A program made the position numbers and the translations under genes. Of a stretch of 64,000 nt of DNA, positions 49,206 through 61,455 are shown piece by piece. Origin of the DNA: Felis catus (Eukaryota); the NCBI RefSeq assembly GCF_018350175.1, contig NC_058368.1:229960001-230024000 (forward strand), read 5' to 3'. Below the pieces are notes generated by a model, which was not told where the DNA came from, ran no database searches, and worked only from the letters and a program-made list of their open reading frames with translations. The first letter of the stretch is position 1; each line of letters begins with the position of its first letter.

Positions 49206-49672
49206 TGGTGCTGTGTGTGTAACCCCATGGTCTCCGTGGCTGTGTGTGTGTAACCCCGTGGTCTCCGTGGCTGTGTGTGTGTGTAACCCTGTGGTCTCCG
49301 TGGCTGTGTGTGTGTGTGTAACCCCGTGGTCTCTGTGGCTGTGTGTGTGTGTGTGTAACCCTGTGGTCTTCGTGGCTGTGTGTGTATAATCCCGTGGTCT
49401 CTGTGGCTGTGTGTGTGTGTAATCCCATGGTCTCCGTGGCTGTGTGTGTGTGTGTGTAAGTAATCCCGTGGTCTCCGTGGCTGTGTGTGTGTGTGTGTGT
49501 AACCCCGTGGTCTCCGTGGCTGTGTGTGTGTGTAACCCCGTGGTCTTCGTGGCTGTGTGTGTGTGTAATCCTGTGGTCTCTGTGGCTGTGTGTGTGTGTA
49601 ATCCTGTGGTTTCCGTGGCTGTGTGTGTGTAAGCCCGTGGTCTCTGTGGCTGTGTGTGTGTAAGTCTGTGGT
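49206..49672 (+). repeat. Compound minisatellite: 13 full units of AAYCCYRTGGTCTYYGTGGCT+(GT)5-9, plus partial end units
   Basis: Units parsed directly; period 31-41 bp. Confidence 0.97.
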
Positions 49673-51103
49673 CCTGCTCCAGTTCCACTGAGGCTGAGAA
49701 AGCGTACTGGAAAAATATGATGCTATGTAACCCCAGATGTTTTTTTTTAACAAAAGGTAAAATTGTCTCCTGGTGAGTGTACAGTTTCTTGAAGGTAGAG
49801 AAGATTGATCTTTTGATCCCAAGAATGGAAGCTGTGTGGCAGAAGGGTGAGCCTGATTCTGTCAGCCGGACAGTAGACTGAGAATGTAACCAGATTTCAC
49901 AAGGCACTCAAAACGCCTGGCACCATGTCACTTCGGAGCTCTCGGCATCTGCCAACTTGCACAAAAACGTTTCTCAAGCTGTTGGATGTGCCATGATGAC
50001 CAGCACAGGGGGGGTGGCCATATCTCCACTACCATGGTGAAATTGTTCACGTGGCTTACGAACAATTACCCACTTTCAATGACAGCCTCATAAAGAAACA
50101 TCTTTCTCTTCCCCTGTGCCTACTCAAGCAGAAAGATCAGATGTAAGAAGACAGACTACGGCCCGATCTTCTCAAAATCACAGAGCCTTACACCCAGCCC
50201 TCATTAAAAGCAGGAAATTATTTGATTCCAAAGGAAGATTTTTTAAAAATGTACAGAACAAAGTCTTAAGCTGCAAGATACTGTTTTTAATAAAAACTTG
50301 GCATAACTAGAAAGTTATGCAAGCCGACTCAACTTCTTTAAGAAAGCCTGTACCTAACAGATAAGGGTTTTATAAAGAATTTCAGTGCTAACCATAAATG
50401 CACAGGTTTGTTTCTGGACTTCTAATTCTGTCCTGCTGGACTGTATTTCTACCAAGATAGTCTGTCCATGAGTGTAAGTGGGATATTGAAGTCTTCAACT
50501 AATATTGCTAAGTTTTCAATGTCTACCATCAGTTCTGTGTTTTTGCGTTGTGTCTTTTGGGGCTTGGTAGTTAGCTACATTTATTTTTGGAAACTTTATA
50601 TCTGCCACATGCACCGACCCATTTGTCATTAAAAACATCCCTCATATCGCTAGTAAACGTGTTGGTTGGGAGTCTGTTTTGTGCGATATTATGATTGCCA
50701 CTCTAGGTTCTCTTTTTTTGACCGTTTGCACAGTATACCTTTTCCAATCTACTTGCTTTCCATCTATTTATACCTTTCAGTCAAAAGGGTGTCTCTCTAG
50801 GTAGCATATAGTTGGATCTGTCTTTCCTTTCTCCAGCACGAAAATTTTCATCCTGTGCTTGGATTATAATTCACATATATTCAGTTTGTTATAGTTGGAT
50901 TTACGCCTGCCATGGTTTTTGGTCTGGTTTGTTTTCTGTGTGTCTCGTGTCTCTCTCTCTGTCTCTCTCTCTCTCTCTCTCTTTTTTTTTTTTTGGTCCC
51001 TCTGTTCATGCTTCCTGCTTTCTCTTGCATTAAGTGAATATTTTCTAGTGTGACATTTTAATTCCTTTAATGGCTTTTTACTACTTTTTAAAAGTTATTT
51101 TCT

Positions 51104-51324
51104 GGGGTGCCTGGGTGGCTCAGTTGGTTAAGCGTCCAACTTTGGCTCAGGTCATGATCTCACAGTTTGTGGGTTCGACCCCACATTGGGGTCTGTGCTG
51201 GCAGCTCAGAGCCTGGAGCCTGCTTCAGATTCCATGTCTCCCCCTCTCTCTGCCCCTCCCCTGCTCATGCTCTGTCTCTCTCTGTCTCTCAAAAATAAAT
51301 AAAACAAAAAAAATTTTTTTAATG
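51104..51324 (+). mobile_element. Felid CanSINE
   Basis: Full head and tail; diverged TSD aaaagttattttct / aaaattatttttt. Confidence 0.95.
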
Positions 51325-51870
51325 AAAATTATTTTTTTAGTGGTTGCTTTGGAGCCTAAATATACATATTGACTTATCAGACTTATACTAACTTAATTCT
51401 GGTGATTTATAGAAAAGCTATTCTTAGGTAGCCCACTTTTCTCTTCCCATTTTTTGTGCTGATGTTGTTAATGTCTATCTATGTTCCACTACAAAACCAA
51501 CAATATAGTGTTGTAATTATACTTCATACAATTTATGTCTTTAGAAGAAAGGGAGAATGAATATGCTTACAGAATTTGTCTTTTTTTCTTTGTTCACTAT
51601 TTCTGGTTGTCTTCATTTGTTTCTGAGTATTCAGTATACCATCTGGTGTCACTTCTTACTCTAATAATCCTTTTCTCCCATCTTCTTCCTTTGTGCTGTC
51701 AAATATACTATATTTATATATGCTGTAATAGCACTATTGCAGTGATATACATATTGTTTTATGCAGTTGCTTTTAAAATCAGTTAAAAGAAGAAGGGGGA
51801 AAAAATTAAGGATTTGCACCTTTATAAGTACATTATTACCTTGACTGGTGCTCTTTGTTTTCTTATTTTT

Positions 51871-52103
51871 ATTTTTATTTTTTTTTGGTTTTAATGTTTT
51901 ATTATTTGCTTTTGAGAGACAGATAGACAGACAGAGTGTGAGTTGGGGAGGGGCAGAGAGAGAGGGAGACACAGAATCCAAAACAGGCTCCAGGCTCTGA
52001 GCTGTCAGCACAGAGCCCGATGCAGGGCTCGAACTCATGAGCAGTGAGATCATGACCCTAGCCGAAGTGGGATGCTTAACTGACTGAGCCACCCAGGTGC
52101 CCC
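51871..52103 (-). mobile_element. Felid CanSINE
   Basis: Antisense SINE; flanks tgttttcttatttt / tgttttctttatttt. Confidence 0.95.
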
Positions 52104-54289
52104 TGTTTTCTTTATTTTGATTTAAAATAATGTCCAGCATCACATGCTCTCATCCTGAGGACCTTTCCTTAGTATTTCTTGCAAGGAGGGTGTGCTGACA
52201 ACAAATCTCTCAGTTTTTGTTTACTTGAGAATGTATTTATTTCACTTTTAGTTTTGAAAGATGATTTTGCTGAATATAAGATATTTGGTTGTGAGGTTAT
52301 TTTTCTTTCCATACTTGGAATATTTCATCTCACTGTTTTTTTGCCTCCATTGTTTCAGGTAAAAAGTCAACTGTTCATTTTATTGGTATTTCCTTATGAA
52401 TAAGGAGTCATTTTTCTCTTGCTGTTTTCAAGATTTCTCACTGTCTTCCTCTTCTAACATAACCAGCGTGTGTTTGGGTGTGATTCTCTTTGGATTTACC
52501 CTCCTTGCTTATTGAGCTTCTTGGATTGTGGATTAGTGTTTTCCATTGAATTTGAGAACTTTATAATAATTATTTATTTGACTGTTTTTCTTTCTATCTC
52601 TCCTGTCTTTCTGGTAGTCCCTTTACATGCATAATGTATAGGAGTGTATAATGGTGTTCCCCATTTCTCTGAGGCTCTGCTCAAGTTTCTTCATTCTTTC
52701 CTCTCTGATCTTCAGGTTGTATAATTTCCATTGGTCTGTCTTCAAGTTTACAGCATCTTACTTCTGCCAGCTCTGGTTTACTGCGGATCCCCTCTTGTGA
52801 ATTTTTCGTGTCAGTGATTCTGAATTTACATTTGGCTCTTTTTGATAATTTCTATCTATAGATATTCTGTGTTTGATTAGTCATTAGTCATACAATCCTT
52901 TTATTCTGTAAGCACGGTTTCCTTTAGTTCTTTGAACGTATTTGTACCAGCTGCTTTGAAACCTTTGTCTGTGAAGTCTACCATCTGGACTCCTTCAGCT
53001 GTAGTTTCCAAAAATTTTTTGGTCCTTTCTATAGGTCCCTGTTTCTTCGTCTATCTCCTAACTTTTCTGTTGAAACCTTGCCATTTTAGGCAATATATGT
53101 CAGCGGTTCTAGATGCTGCTCCCCACCCCTCACCCATACACACCACACCTAGTTTTCTTCTTTGTTTTGTTTGCTTGTTTATTTCTTTAGTAACTTGGCT
53201 GGACTAATTCGGTGAAGTTCGTTTTCCCCTTTTAGCATCTGGTGTTGCTTCTCAGAAGCTGCATCCTTAGGCACGTGCTCCATTCACCCTTGCTTCGCGG
53301 CTGGCTTTGGTTTAAATGGGCTCTTTCATTGTTTGTTTGTTTTTTTTTCTTTTTTCTTTGACCTCCCTAGTCCTTGAGATTTGCTTCAACTCCAGGAAGT
53401 GTCGTCATAGTTGCCTCTGTCCTGGATTCTCTCTCAGTCTAGCTGGTCTACCTCCTCATTTATTGCTGTCATGGAACGGCCAGCCTTCTGTCAGTTGTTC
53501 CCTACCAAGATTGTCATTGTTTTCAGTAAACCCTTAGGCTTCAAATTCTCCATGTTCTGCTTCAAATATAGTCAATTCCTTTAGGGAGAACACTGGAGTT
53601 CTCTGGTCTTACATGTGCCTCTCCCTTTGTTCAGAACATTGCCATCAATGCTCTGGAGGTGGGGATCAGGACAGTGGACCACTTCTGGAGGGCTACATCT
53701 GCTCTATGAGAGGGGCACCAAGATGGGACGGTGATTCTTGGTCGTCTCAGCTTGCCTCTCCCAGTATGGCGCCTCCTTCTTATAAGCAAGCTGGACCAAG
53801 GCCACTCAGGGCCAAACATTGTCAGCTTGCCGGCTGGGACAGAGGGTCCACCCTACAAATTGGGCTGGATGAAGGAAGACTGCTCCAGATACCTCAGTCG
53901 CATTTGCCTGAGATAGAACTTCCGCATGATACAGGTCCTGAGATAAGTAACACCGATATTTTTCTCTGCCTGAGAAGAAACTACAGCCTTGGACTTGGAA
54001 GTGGTGGGAGAGGAAGCCCTGTCTTTTTGCCCCAGGCATTCAGAGTAGAGCTTCTATGACATTTATCCACAGGAAGGGGAGTGTGCTATGGTTCAGATGC
54101 CACAGATTCTCTTTTTCCTGGGACTTAGTCAATGCCTTGAATAAATGTTTCTGTCCATTTGTTATACGCCTTTAAGACAATTTCCAGAGGCTTTAAATGG
54201 TCGTCGATTTTTAAAAATCATTTGTACCAGTTCTGTTTGTTTCACTGGGGAACCTGAGTTTTAGGGAATCACTAAGCTGCTTTCTGCCT

Positions 54290-55070
54290 CTATACCTTTA
54301 CCCTTCCCAAACAGCTCATACAAATGGCATTACACCATATGTAATCTTTTGCCCCTGGCTTCTTTTGTGTGTCAAAATGCTCTTGAGCATCATCCATGTT
54401 TTAGCATGGATCAGTGGTGCATTCCTTTTAGTTGCTGACTAGTATTCCATTGTACAGATAATCCACATTGTGTTTACCCATTTGCCAGTTAATGAACGTT
54501 TATATTGTTTCCAGTTTGGGTTTATGATGAATAATTCTTCTGTGAACATTTGCATGCACATCTTTGTGTGGACATAAATTTTCATTTTTCATGGATATAT
54601 TCATAGAAGTGTAACTTCTGTGTATGGTGAGTTTCTGTTTAAATTTTAAGAAACTGCCAAACCACTTTCCCAAATGACAGTATCATTTAAAATTCACACC
54701 CGCAATGTACGAATGTTACAGTTTTTCCACATCCCAGACAACATTTGTTATTATCTGTCTTTATCGCAGCCATTCTCAGGAGTGTGTAATGTTACCTCAT
54801 TTTTATTTTATTTTATTTATTTATTTTTTATTTATTTTTTATGTTTATTTTTGAGAGAGAGGGAGAGACAGAGCATGAGCAGGGGAAGGACAGAGAGAGA
54901 GGGAGACACAGAATCCGAAGCAGGCTCCAGGCTCTGAGCTTTCAGCACAGAGCCTGATGCGGGGCTCGAACCCACAAACCACGAGATGATGACCTGAGCC
55001 AAAGTCGGGCACTCAGCCATCTGAGCCACCCAGGGCCCCATGTTACCTCATTTTTAAATTGTGATAATGA
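54290..55070 (-). mobile_element. Old L1 (L1MB/ME-like) 3' fragment
   Basis: tagtattccattgtac...gtttccagtttggg...aagaaactgccaaaccactttcc. Confidence 0.8.
54806..55039 (-). mobile_element. Felid CanSINE
   Basis: Perfect TSD atgttacctcattttta 54789-54805 / 55040-55056. Confidence 0.97.
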
Positions 55071-55291
55071 AATGGTTACTTTAATGCCCCAAAGTAAAAT
55101 CTTTTACATGTTTGAAAACTGTAATAGATATCCTCTAAAATATATGAAGAAACAAAATTTGGTCAAAGGGGGAAATTGGCCTAATTTTAAGTTACCAGTA
55201 TGATCTTAAGCGATATTATATATGATATTATTTAACAGTACATACTAAAAATGATATACCATTCTCCTCAAGATCACACAAAGAAACATTT

Positions 55292-55481
55292 CTCTTTTTT
55301 TTTAAGTTTATTTATTTTGAGAGTGGCACAGGGACGAAGAGAGAGGGAGAGAGAATCCCAAGCAGGCCCCGCACTGTCAGCACAGAGCCCAAGCAGGGCT
55401 GGATCCCACAAACCTTGAGATCATGACCTGCACTGAAAGCAAGGGTCAGACGCTCCACCAACTGAGCCACCCAGGAGCCCC
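55292..55481 (-). mobile_element. CanSINE
   Basis: TSD cacacaaagaaacattt 55275-55291 / cacacaaagaaatattt 55482-55498. Confidence 0.95.
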
Positions 55482-56206
55482 CACACAAAGAAATATTTAA
55501 TGTTCTAGGATGTTTAGATATAGGAGAGTACCTTTTTATCCTTACATAAAACTGATTCACAGGGACACATCTGTGTGAAATACCAATTTTAGAAATACCA
55601 ATTTTGTTTGACGAGGTGTGTCTAATCCTTTTAGCTCATATTTCGTTAAAATGCTCTTCTTCAGCTCTGAAGAATGTTGCCTTGATAAGTATTAATTTAA
55701 TGTAAGATTGCGTTGTCCTATGTTGGTTTTACTTCTGTTACTTTTCAAGTAACCTATTTTGAAGTGAAGGATGTTTCTATGTCTTCAGTTGATCGACACA
55801 GGAGCGATCTTGTGTTTGAGACAAGGCATGAAGGTGAATGCTTGAAGAAAGCCTACCTTCTAGGAAATTTGTCTAGAAATAGAGACATGGAAATTACCTT
55901 TTTTCACTGAAATTTCTATTTGGGTGATTTTTATAGGCTCATAAAAATTTTAGAGTTTAAACAGACCTTCAACATGTTCTTCTCCATTCCTTTTATTTTA
56001 GAAATGAGAAAACAGGCTTGGCATCAGACTTTAGTTGTAAGAAGTCTGGAACTTTATAAAACTTCCTCCTATAATAAAAAATAAGTGTTTATACTTCAGA
56101 GTAAACGTGACAGACTCTTTGTCCATGGCAATATGTGATGTCTTTGTGGTAACTTAACAATGTATTCCTTAATCTTGTTAGACTATTGTCAAGAACTGAA
56201 TATTTC

Positions 56207-56444
56207 GGGGCGCCTGGGTGGCGCAGTCGGTTAAGCGTCCGACTTCAGCCAGGTCACGATCTCGCGGTCCGTGAGTTCGAGCCCCGCGTCAGGCTCTGGG
56301 CTGATGGCTCAGAGCCTGGAGCCTGTTTCCGATTCTGTGTCTCCCTCTCTCTCTGCCCCTCCCCCGTTCATGCTCTGTCTCTCTCTGTCCCAAAAATAAA
56401 TAAACGTTGAAAAAAAAAATTAAAAAAAAAAAAGAAAAAAAAAA
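56207..56444 (+). mobile_element. Very young SINEC_Fc-type CanSINE
   Basis: CpGs retained, long A tail, perfect 16-bp TSD aagaactgaatatttc 56191-56206 / 56445-56460. Confidence 0.98.
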
Positions 56445-56559
56445 AAGAACTGAATATTTCCATTTGACATTGTAAAATATAGACTGGAATGTTTTAAAAT
56501 TAAGTATCATATAAATGAAATAGTAAGGAATCTCTTTACCATATAGTAAGATCAATTTC

Positions 56560-57200
56560 ATAGTAATAAAACCCATGTATACTTGTTCAGGAAAATACAA
56601 ACAGATCACTGCTGCACAGGAGTCCAGAAAGATCTCCATGAGTATATGTGCCTTTGATATGTGACCAAAGTAATAGAACTTGCAAGCAAATTTGGTTTAC
56701 TGTGGATAGAACATATAAAACTTCTGATGTATTAAAGACTAATTATGAGAGATAATCCTATAAAGTGTATAGAATAAAATGTTGGGGAATATTTTAATGA
56801 TAACAAGATAGGAAATGCGTTCTTGAACAAACCTGTTTTTTTTTTTCTAAAAAGCAAAAATCATAAGAGAAATCAGAAGTTGACATTATAAGATTGCATC
56901 AGAATTAATATTTCTAGGGGCGCCTGGTTGGCTTAGTCGGTTGAGCATCCAACTCTTGATTTTGGCTCAGGTGGTGATGCCAGCCAGGGTGATGGGATTG
57001 AGCCCCATGTCGGGCTCTGTACAGAGCTGGGATTCTCTGTCTCTCCCACTCTGCCCCTCTCTTTCACTTCTTCCCTCCCCCCTTCTAAAAAAGTAAAAAG
57101 AAAATCAAAGAATTAATAAAGTTTTAGAAGAGCATATTCTATTAGAAAAATGCACAAAGCAAGTCACCAGACAACTTTCAGAGGTAGAAACTGGAAGCCC
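56560..57200 (+). mobile_element. Ancient L1M ORF2 fragment interrupted by a SINE
   Basis: caaacagatcact...aaagtgtatagaataaaatgttgggg...ttgacattataagattgcatc; very diverged. Confidence 0.45.
56917..57108 (+). mobile_element. CanSINE (older)
   Basis: Head ggggcgcctggttggcttagtcgg; flanking repeat agaattaata. Confidence 0.92.
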
Positions 57201-57896
57201 TTCTTAGTAGTTGTACATGTAATTTAAGAAAAAAATTACCAATTTTGCAGAAGCCAGATGACAGCAAGTGCTGTCAGGAATTTGGGACACACCATCCCAC
57301 CTGCAGTCTTGACTGCATCCCACCACACATGCTGGTCAGTCCTCCGGAAGCAGGGGTCTGAACTGGATGAAATGCACCCTGTGTCACCAGCATTCTGCAC
57401 TCCCCCCTCGAGTACATTACTGGGCCACTCTCCCAGCTCACGAGGCATGCAGCAGGCACCCACCACAGCAGTGTTTGGAGAGATCCCGGGGGATGGATAA
57501 GCCAGGTGTGATGCATGGGGAGCTCTGCACAAGCCCAGACTGATGAATTCAATCTCTAAGCAGGCACAGGGTCTCAGAAGCTTGGTGTTAGGTGAAATAA
57601 AGGGAAACAATTAGAATTAAAAGACACAATATATCTTCTTTTAAGGAGACACATATGATTAGGTAACCACATGGAGAATGGATTAGAAGAACATATATTA
57701 AATACCCTTCTGTGAGTTACTGTGAGGGAAGGTAGGAGGATTGAATTAAGATGAAGGGCAGGATGACCAGAACAAACACACACACACACAAGCAAACACG
57801 AAAAAGAGCAGCCTTTCGTAGACCAACAGTAAGATGTAACTGAGGTTAAATCACAAAGGTGCATTTTCATTTTTGCGTCTATTAAAAAATGAGGTT

Positions 57897-58090
57897 GAAA
57901 CACCTAGGTGCCTGAGATGGTTAAGCGTCTGACTTTGGCTCAAGTCATGATCTCACGGTTCATGGGATCGAGCCTGGCATCGGGCTCCACACTGACAGTG
58001 CAGAGCCTGCGTGGGATTCTCTCTCTCTCTGTCCCTCTCTCTTTGCCCTTCCCCACTAGTGCGTGCTCACATGGGCACTCTCTCTCTCTC
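57897..58090 (+). mobile_element. CanSINE body ending at the CT tract, fused to L1
   Basis: Degenerate head gaaacacctaggtgcctgagatggttaagcg; no A tail before the L1 sequence. Confidence 0.9.
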
Positions 58091-58710
58091 TGACCCAGCA
58101 ATAGCACTACAAGGAATTTATCCAAAGGATACAGGAGTGCTGACGCATAGGGGCACATGTTCTCCAATGTTTATAGCAGCACTTTCAACAACAGCCAAAT
58201 TATGGAAAGAGCCTAAATGTCCAGCAACTGATGAATGGATAAAGAAGATGTGGTTTATATATATAATGGAATACTACTTGGCAATGAGAAAGAATGAAAT
58301 CTAGCCATTTGCAGCAACGTGGATGGAACTGGAGGGTATTATGCTAAGTGAAATAAGTCAGTCAGAGAAAGACAGATACCATATGTTTTCACTCATATGT
58401 GAAACTCGAGGAACTTAACAGAAGACCATGGGGGAGGGGAAGGGGAAAAAACAGTTACAGAGAGGGAGGGAGGCAAACCATAAGAGACTCGTAAGTACAG
58501 AGAACAAACTGGGGGTTGATGGGGGAGGGGGTGAGGGAGAGAGGAAAATGGGTGATGGGCATTGAGGAGGGCACTAGTTGGGATGAGCACTGGGTGTTGT
58601 ATGTAAGTGATGAATCATGGGAATCTACCCCCCAAAACCAAGAGCACACTGTATACAATGTGTGTTAGCCAAGTTGACAATAAATTATATTAATATATAA
58701 ATAAATAAAC
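58091..58710 (+). mobile_element. 5'-truncated felid L1 3' end
   Basis: DPAIALQGIYPKDTGVLTHRGTCSPMFIAALSTTAKLWKEPKCP...WFIYIMEYYLAMRKNEI (ORF track 58011-58304) and felid 3'UTR. Confidence 0.95.
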
Positions 58711-58845
58711 TACTTTTTTTTAAATGAAGTTAACCTTAATTTTAATTTGCTTTTTCAACATTTAAATTAAGGCATTATGTATTGTAGCCTGTTTAAGTTG
58801 GGGTCCAGCTGTATTTAAAACATATATTATAGGCTATATTTTATA

Positions 58846-59065
58846 AGGGCTCCTAGGTAGCCCAGTTGGTTAAGCATCCGATTTCAGTTCAGGTCATGAT
58901 CTCACGGTTCGTGGGTTCAAGCCCCGCATGGTGCTCTGTGCAGACAGCTCAGAGCCTGGAGCCCGCTTCTGTCTCTTTCACTCTCTGCCCTTCCCGGCTT
59001 GTACTCTGTCTCTCTCTCTCTCTCTCAAAAACAAAGTAAAAAATAAAAATAAGCATTAAAAAATT
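58846..59065 (+). mobile_element. CanSINE
   Basis: Head, B-box and tail present. Confidence 0.92.
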
Positions 59066-59073
59066 TAAACATA

Positions 59074-59264
59074 GGGGCGCCTGAGTGACTCAGTTAAGTG
59101 TCCGACTTCGGCTCAGGTCATGATCTCGTGGTTCGTGGGTTCAAGCCCCACGTCGGGCTCTGTGCTGACAGCTCAGAGCCTGGAGCCTCCTTCAAATTCT
59201 GTGTCTCCTTCTCTCTCTGCCCCTCCTCTGCTTGCTGTCTCTCTCTCAAAAGTAAATAAACATT
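59074..59264 (+). mobile_element. CanSINE tandem to the previous copy
   Basis: Head ggggcgcctgagtgactcagttaag, tail aaaagtaaataaac. Confidence 0.94.
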
Positions 59265-59739
59265 ATTTTTTTCATTTTATATACATTATAAACTATATAT
59301 TAAAAGTTGAATGAGTGTTCAGATACACACAATGTATGCCTACAAATACAACACAAAATGGAAAACACTGTAAATGAGCAGAAACAGTAGTTCTTTGGTG
59401 CTTGGTCACTGTGTTTATGGTCTCTCCTAATGGCTGGTAGTTTTTATTTGATACATCAAACTGTTGTCTTTTAGAGGTGGAAATGCTTATATCATTTCTA
59501 AGCAAATACCATTATTGCTTTTAGTGATATGAGCAGCCTGGAGAACAAGATGGGGAGGTTTCTGAGCCACCTGTGGAGAACAGTTGTTACACTGTCCACC
59601 CAACAGACCTGTCCTGTCTCTTCTGTGTCTTTATTGGCTTCAGTCTTAGGCAATACACATTTTTCAGAAATGTTGACATTGGCTTTACCAATCATGGTTT
59701 TAACATTTCCATTTGTTCTGCAAACTAGCTCATCGATAG

Positions 59740-61150
59740 CTATAGAATTGTAGATGGGAAAGGAACTTTGGAGTCACCTGTCAAATCTTCCAGCCTGGTA
59801 CAGCCCCCCTGAACTTGCATCATCCACCCTCCAAATAAACACTCTGCCGTGTAGAGGAATTTCCCATCGGTCTGTTTTTGGACACTCGCAACTGCTAAAT
59901 AGTTTTTTTTCCCCATCGCCACTTGTTTCTTCTTCTGGACCTATGCAGAAAAGTGAAAGTCCAATTTGCAAGTAACAGTTCTCTGGACATTTCAAGATGG
60001 TGGTTGTGTCCTTTTAAGTCTTCTCAAAAGTTATAATCACTCTTTCTTTTTGGGCCCTTTCCCACCCTGAAGATGGCTGTAATTTGAAAAGCCACAACTT
60101 TATAAAAAGCACAAACAGCAATGAAGAATAACCATCTTCCTTAGCCTGGATATAACACATCTGTTAATGGCAGCATAAGGTGTTATTAATATCGGGGGGG
60201 GGGGGGGGCTCGTCCCACCTAGTGTATTTGAGAATCAGCGTAGCATGTTGGTCCAGAGCAGGGCTTTATGCCCAGAGAACCAAGGATCTCACACTGTGTT
60301 GTGTCACATATTAATTGTGTTACCTTGGGCAGGTTAGTTAAGCCCTCCCCGTGTCAACTGCCTTTTCTTTTATTTGCTACATTATGCTCTGTTATGAGGA
60401 TTGAGCTAAGTGATACTTGTAAACTGCTTAGCCCTTCAACTGATGAAGATGAAGTGCTCACCGAGTATTTCCAATTAATTGTGGTCTTCTCTTCATGTTA
60501 TGCTATAAGCTTCAGTGTCTTGATCCTGGACTGTGAAACATTTTTATCTAAAACTAGGCTTATTTATTTATCCTGATTAAATTTCATCTTTTAGGACTTT
60601 ACTCATTGTTACAGCATGGTGCAAACTCCTTGAATTTCCTGTGTCATCCAAATAATGCCTACCCCTATCCAAGTCTGAAATTACAAAGGGAAGTCATTTG
60701 GATGCTCTACGTTAACTCCCTGTCTTTTGAAATGAAATACCATTTCCATGTTGTTGTGAAGTATCTACTTATATCTACTGTTACCCACAGTCAATTTTCT
60801 TCATTTTGTCTGCAGGACTTCACCTACAGCTCTCCTTGAGTATTTACTGATACCTTAGTGCAGGCCAAACATTGTGCCACCTTACGGATCACATTCTAGT
60901 AGAAGAGGCTGGTGTCCAAACAAATTGTTAAAAGCCCTGTGATTCACTCCTAATAAAAGGGCACAGTAGAGAACATCTGTTCCAAGGCACCACAGAGCAG
61001 CTGCTGGTGACTCTCCCTGAATGAACCAGGGGTGTGCTTTGCAGAGTTGGTGATATCTGGATAGGTCTTGAAGAATGGTTAGAAGTGATAAGAGTTGGAA
61101 AAGCATTCGAGGACCCCACAAATAGTCTCCTCAGATGCTTGACTAATGGC
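59740..61150 (-). mobile_element. Probable L3/CR1 fragments
   Basis: atagaattgtagatgggaaaggaactttggagtcacctg...ttggacactcgcaactgctaaatagttt and ttatcctgattaaatttcatctt resemble the antisense L3 3' region. Confidence 0.5.
60236..60480 (+). mobile_element. MIR
   Basis: tgtgttaccttgggcaggttagttaagccctc...gttatgaggattgag...tgtaaactgcttagc. Confidence 0.7.
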
Positions 61151-61455
61151 CAGAAGCCTCATTTTCACACACTTCCAGTTCTAAGCGTTCTTCCAGAGCT
61201 AATAAATCTATCAAAAAAGACAAAAGATCTGCCTTACGGGACTTGCTCTTCATGACTCGGGTTTGGAGCCTAGCGATCACCAGTAATTTTTCAGATGCTT
61301 TCCAAACACCTCTGCAAATTAACCCAAATTTTACTCACCGTCTCGCCTCCACCTGGCAGTTAAAAATAGATGGAACAGGTTCCTAGCTTGGCAGAAATAG
61401 TGAAAGAGCCTGCAGCATACTGAATAAGGAGAAAGAACAATTTGGCACAGTGTGT

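Larger units (their letters stand above)
50390..54240 (-). mobile_element. Old L1M 5' half (5'UTR, ORF1, spacer, EN region), antisense
   Basis: EN-region gtgggatattgaagtcttcaac, gtctctctaggtagcatatagttggatc; ORF1-end ttagtatttcttgcaagg...aacaaatctctcagtttttgttt, ttttctcttgctgttttcaagattt. Confidence 0.8.

Noticed and set aside
49206..49672. Repeat-spacer pattern resembling a CRISPR array
   Set aside because: Spacers are pure (GT)n, there are no cas genes, and the DNA is mammalian.
49036..49907. Longest ORFs in the track (218 and 234 aa; HTHTQPRRP / TATETTGL repeats)
   Set aside because: Stop-free read-through of the VNTR in several frames on both strands; no coding signature.
55577..55605. 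Tandem duplication of gaaataccaatttt (similar short duplication at 20932-20971)
   Set aside because: Ordinary slippage duplication with no further structure.
57236..57610. GC-richer patch with ORFs on both strands
   Set aside because: No homology recognised and few CpGs; could be an unassigned repeat.
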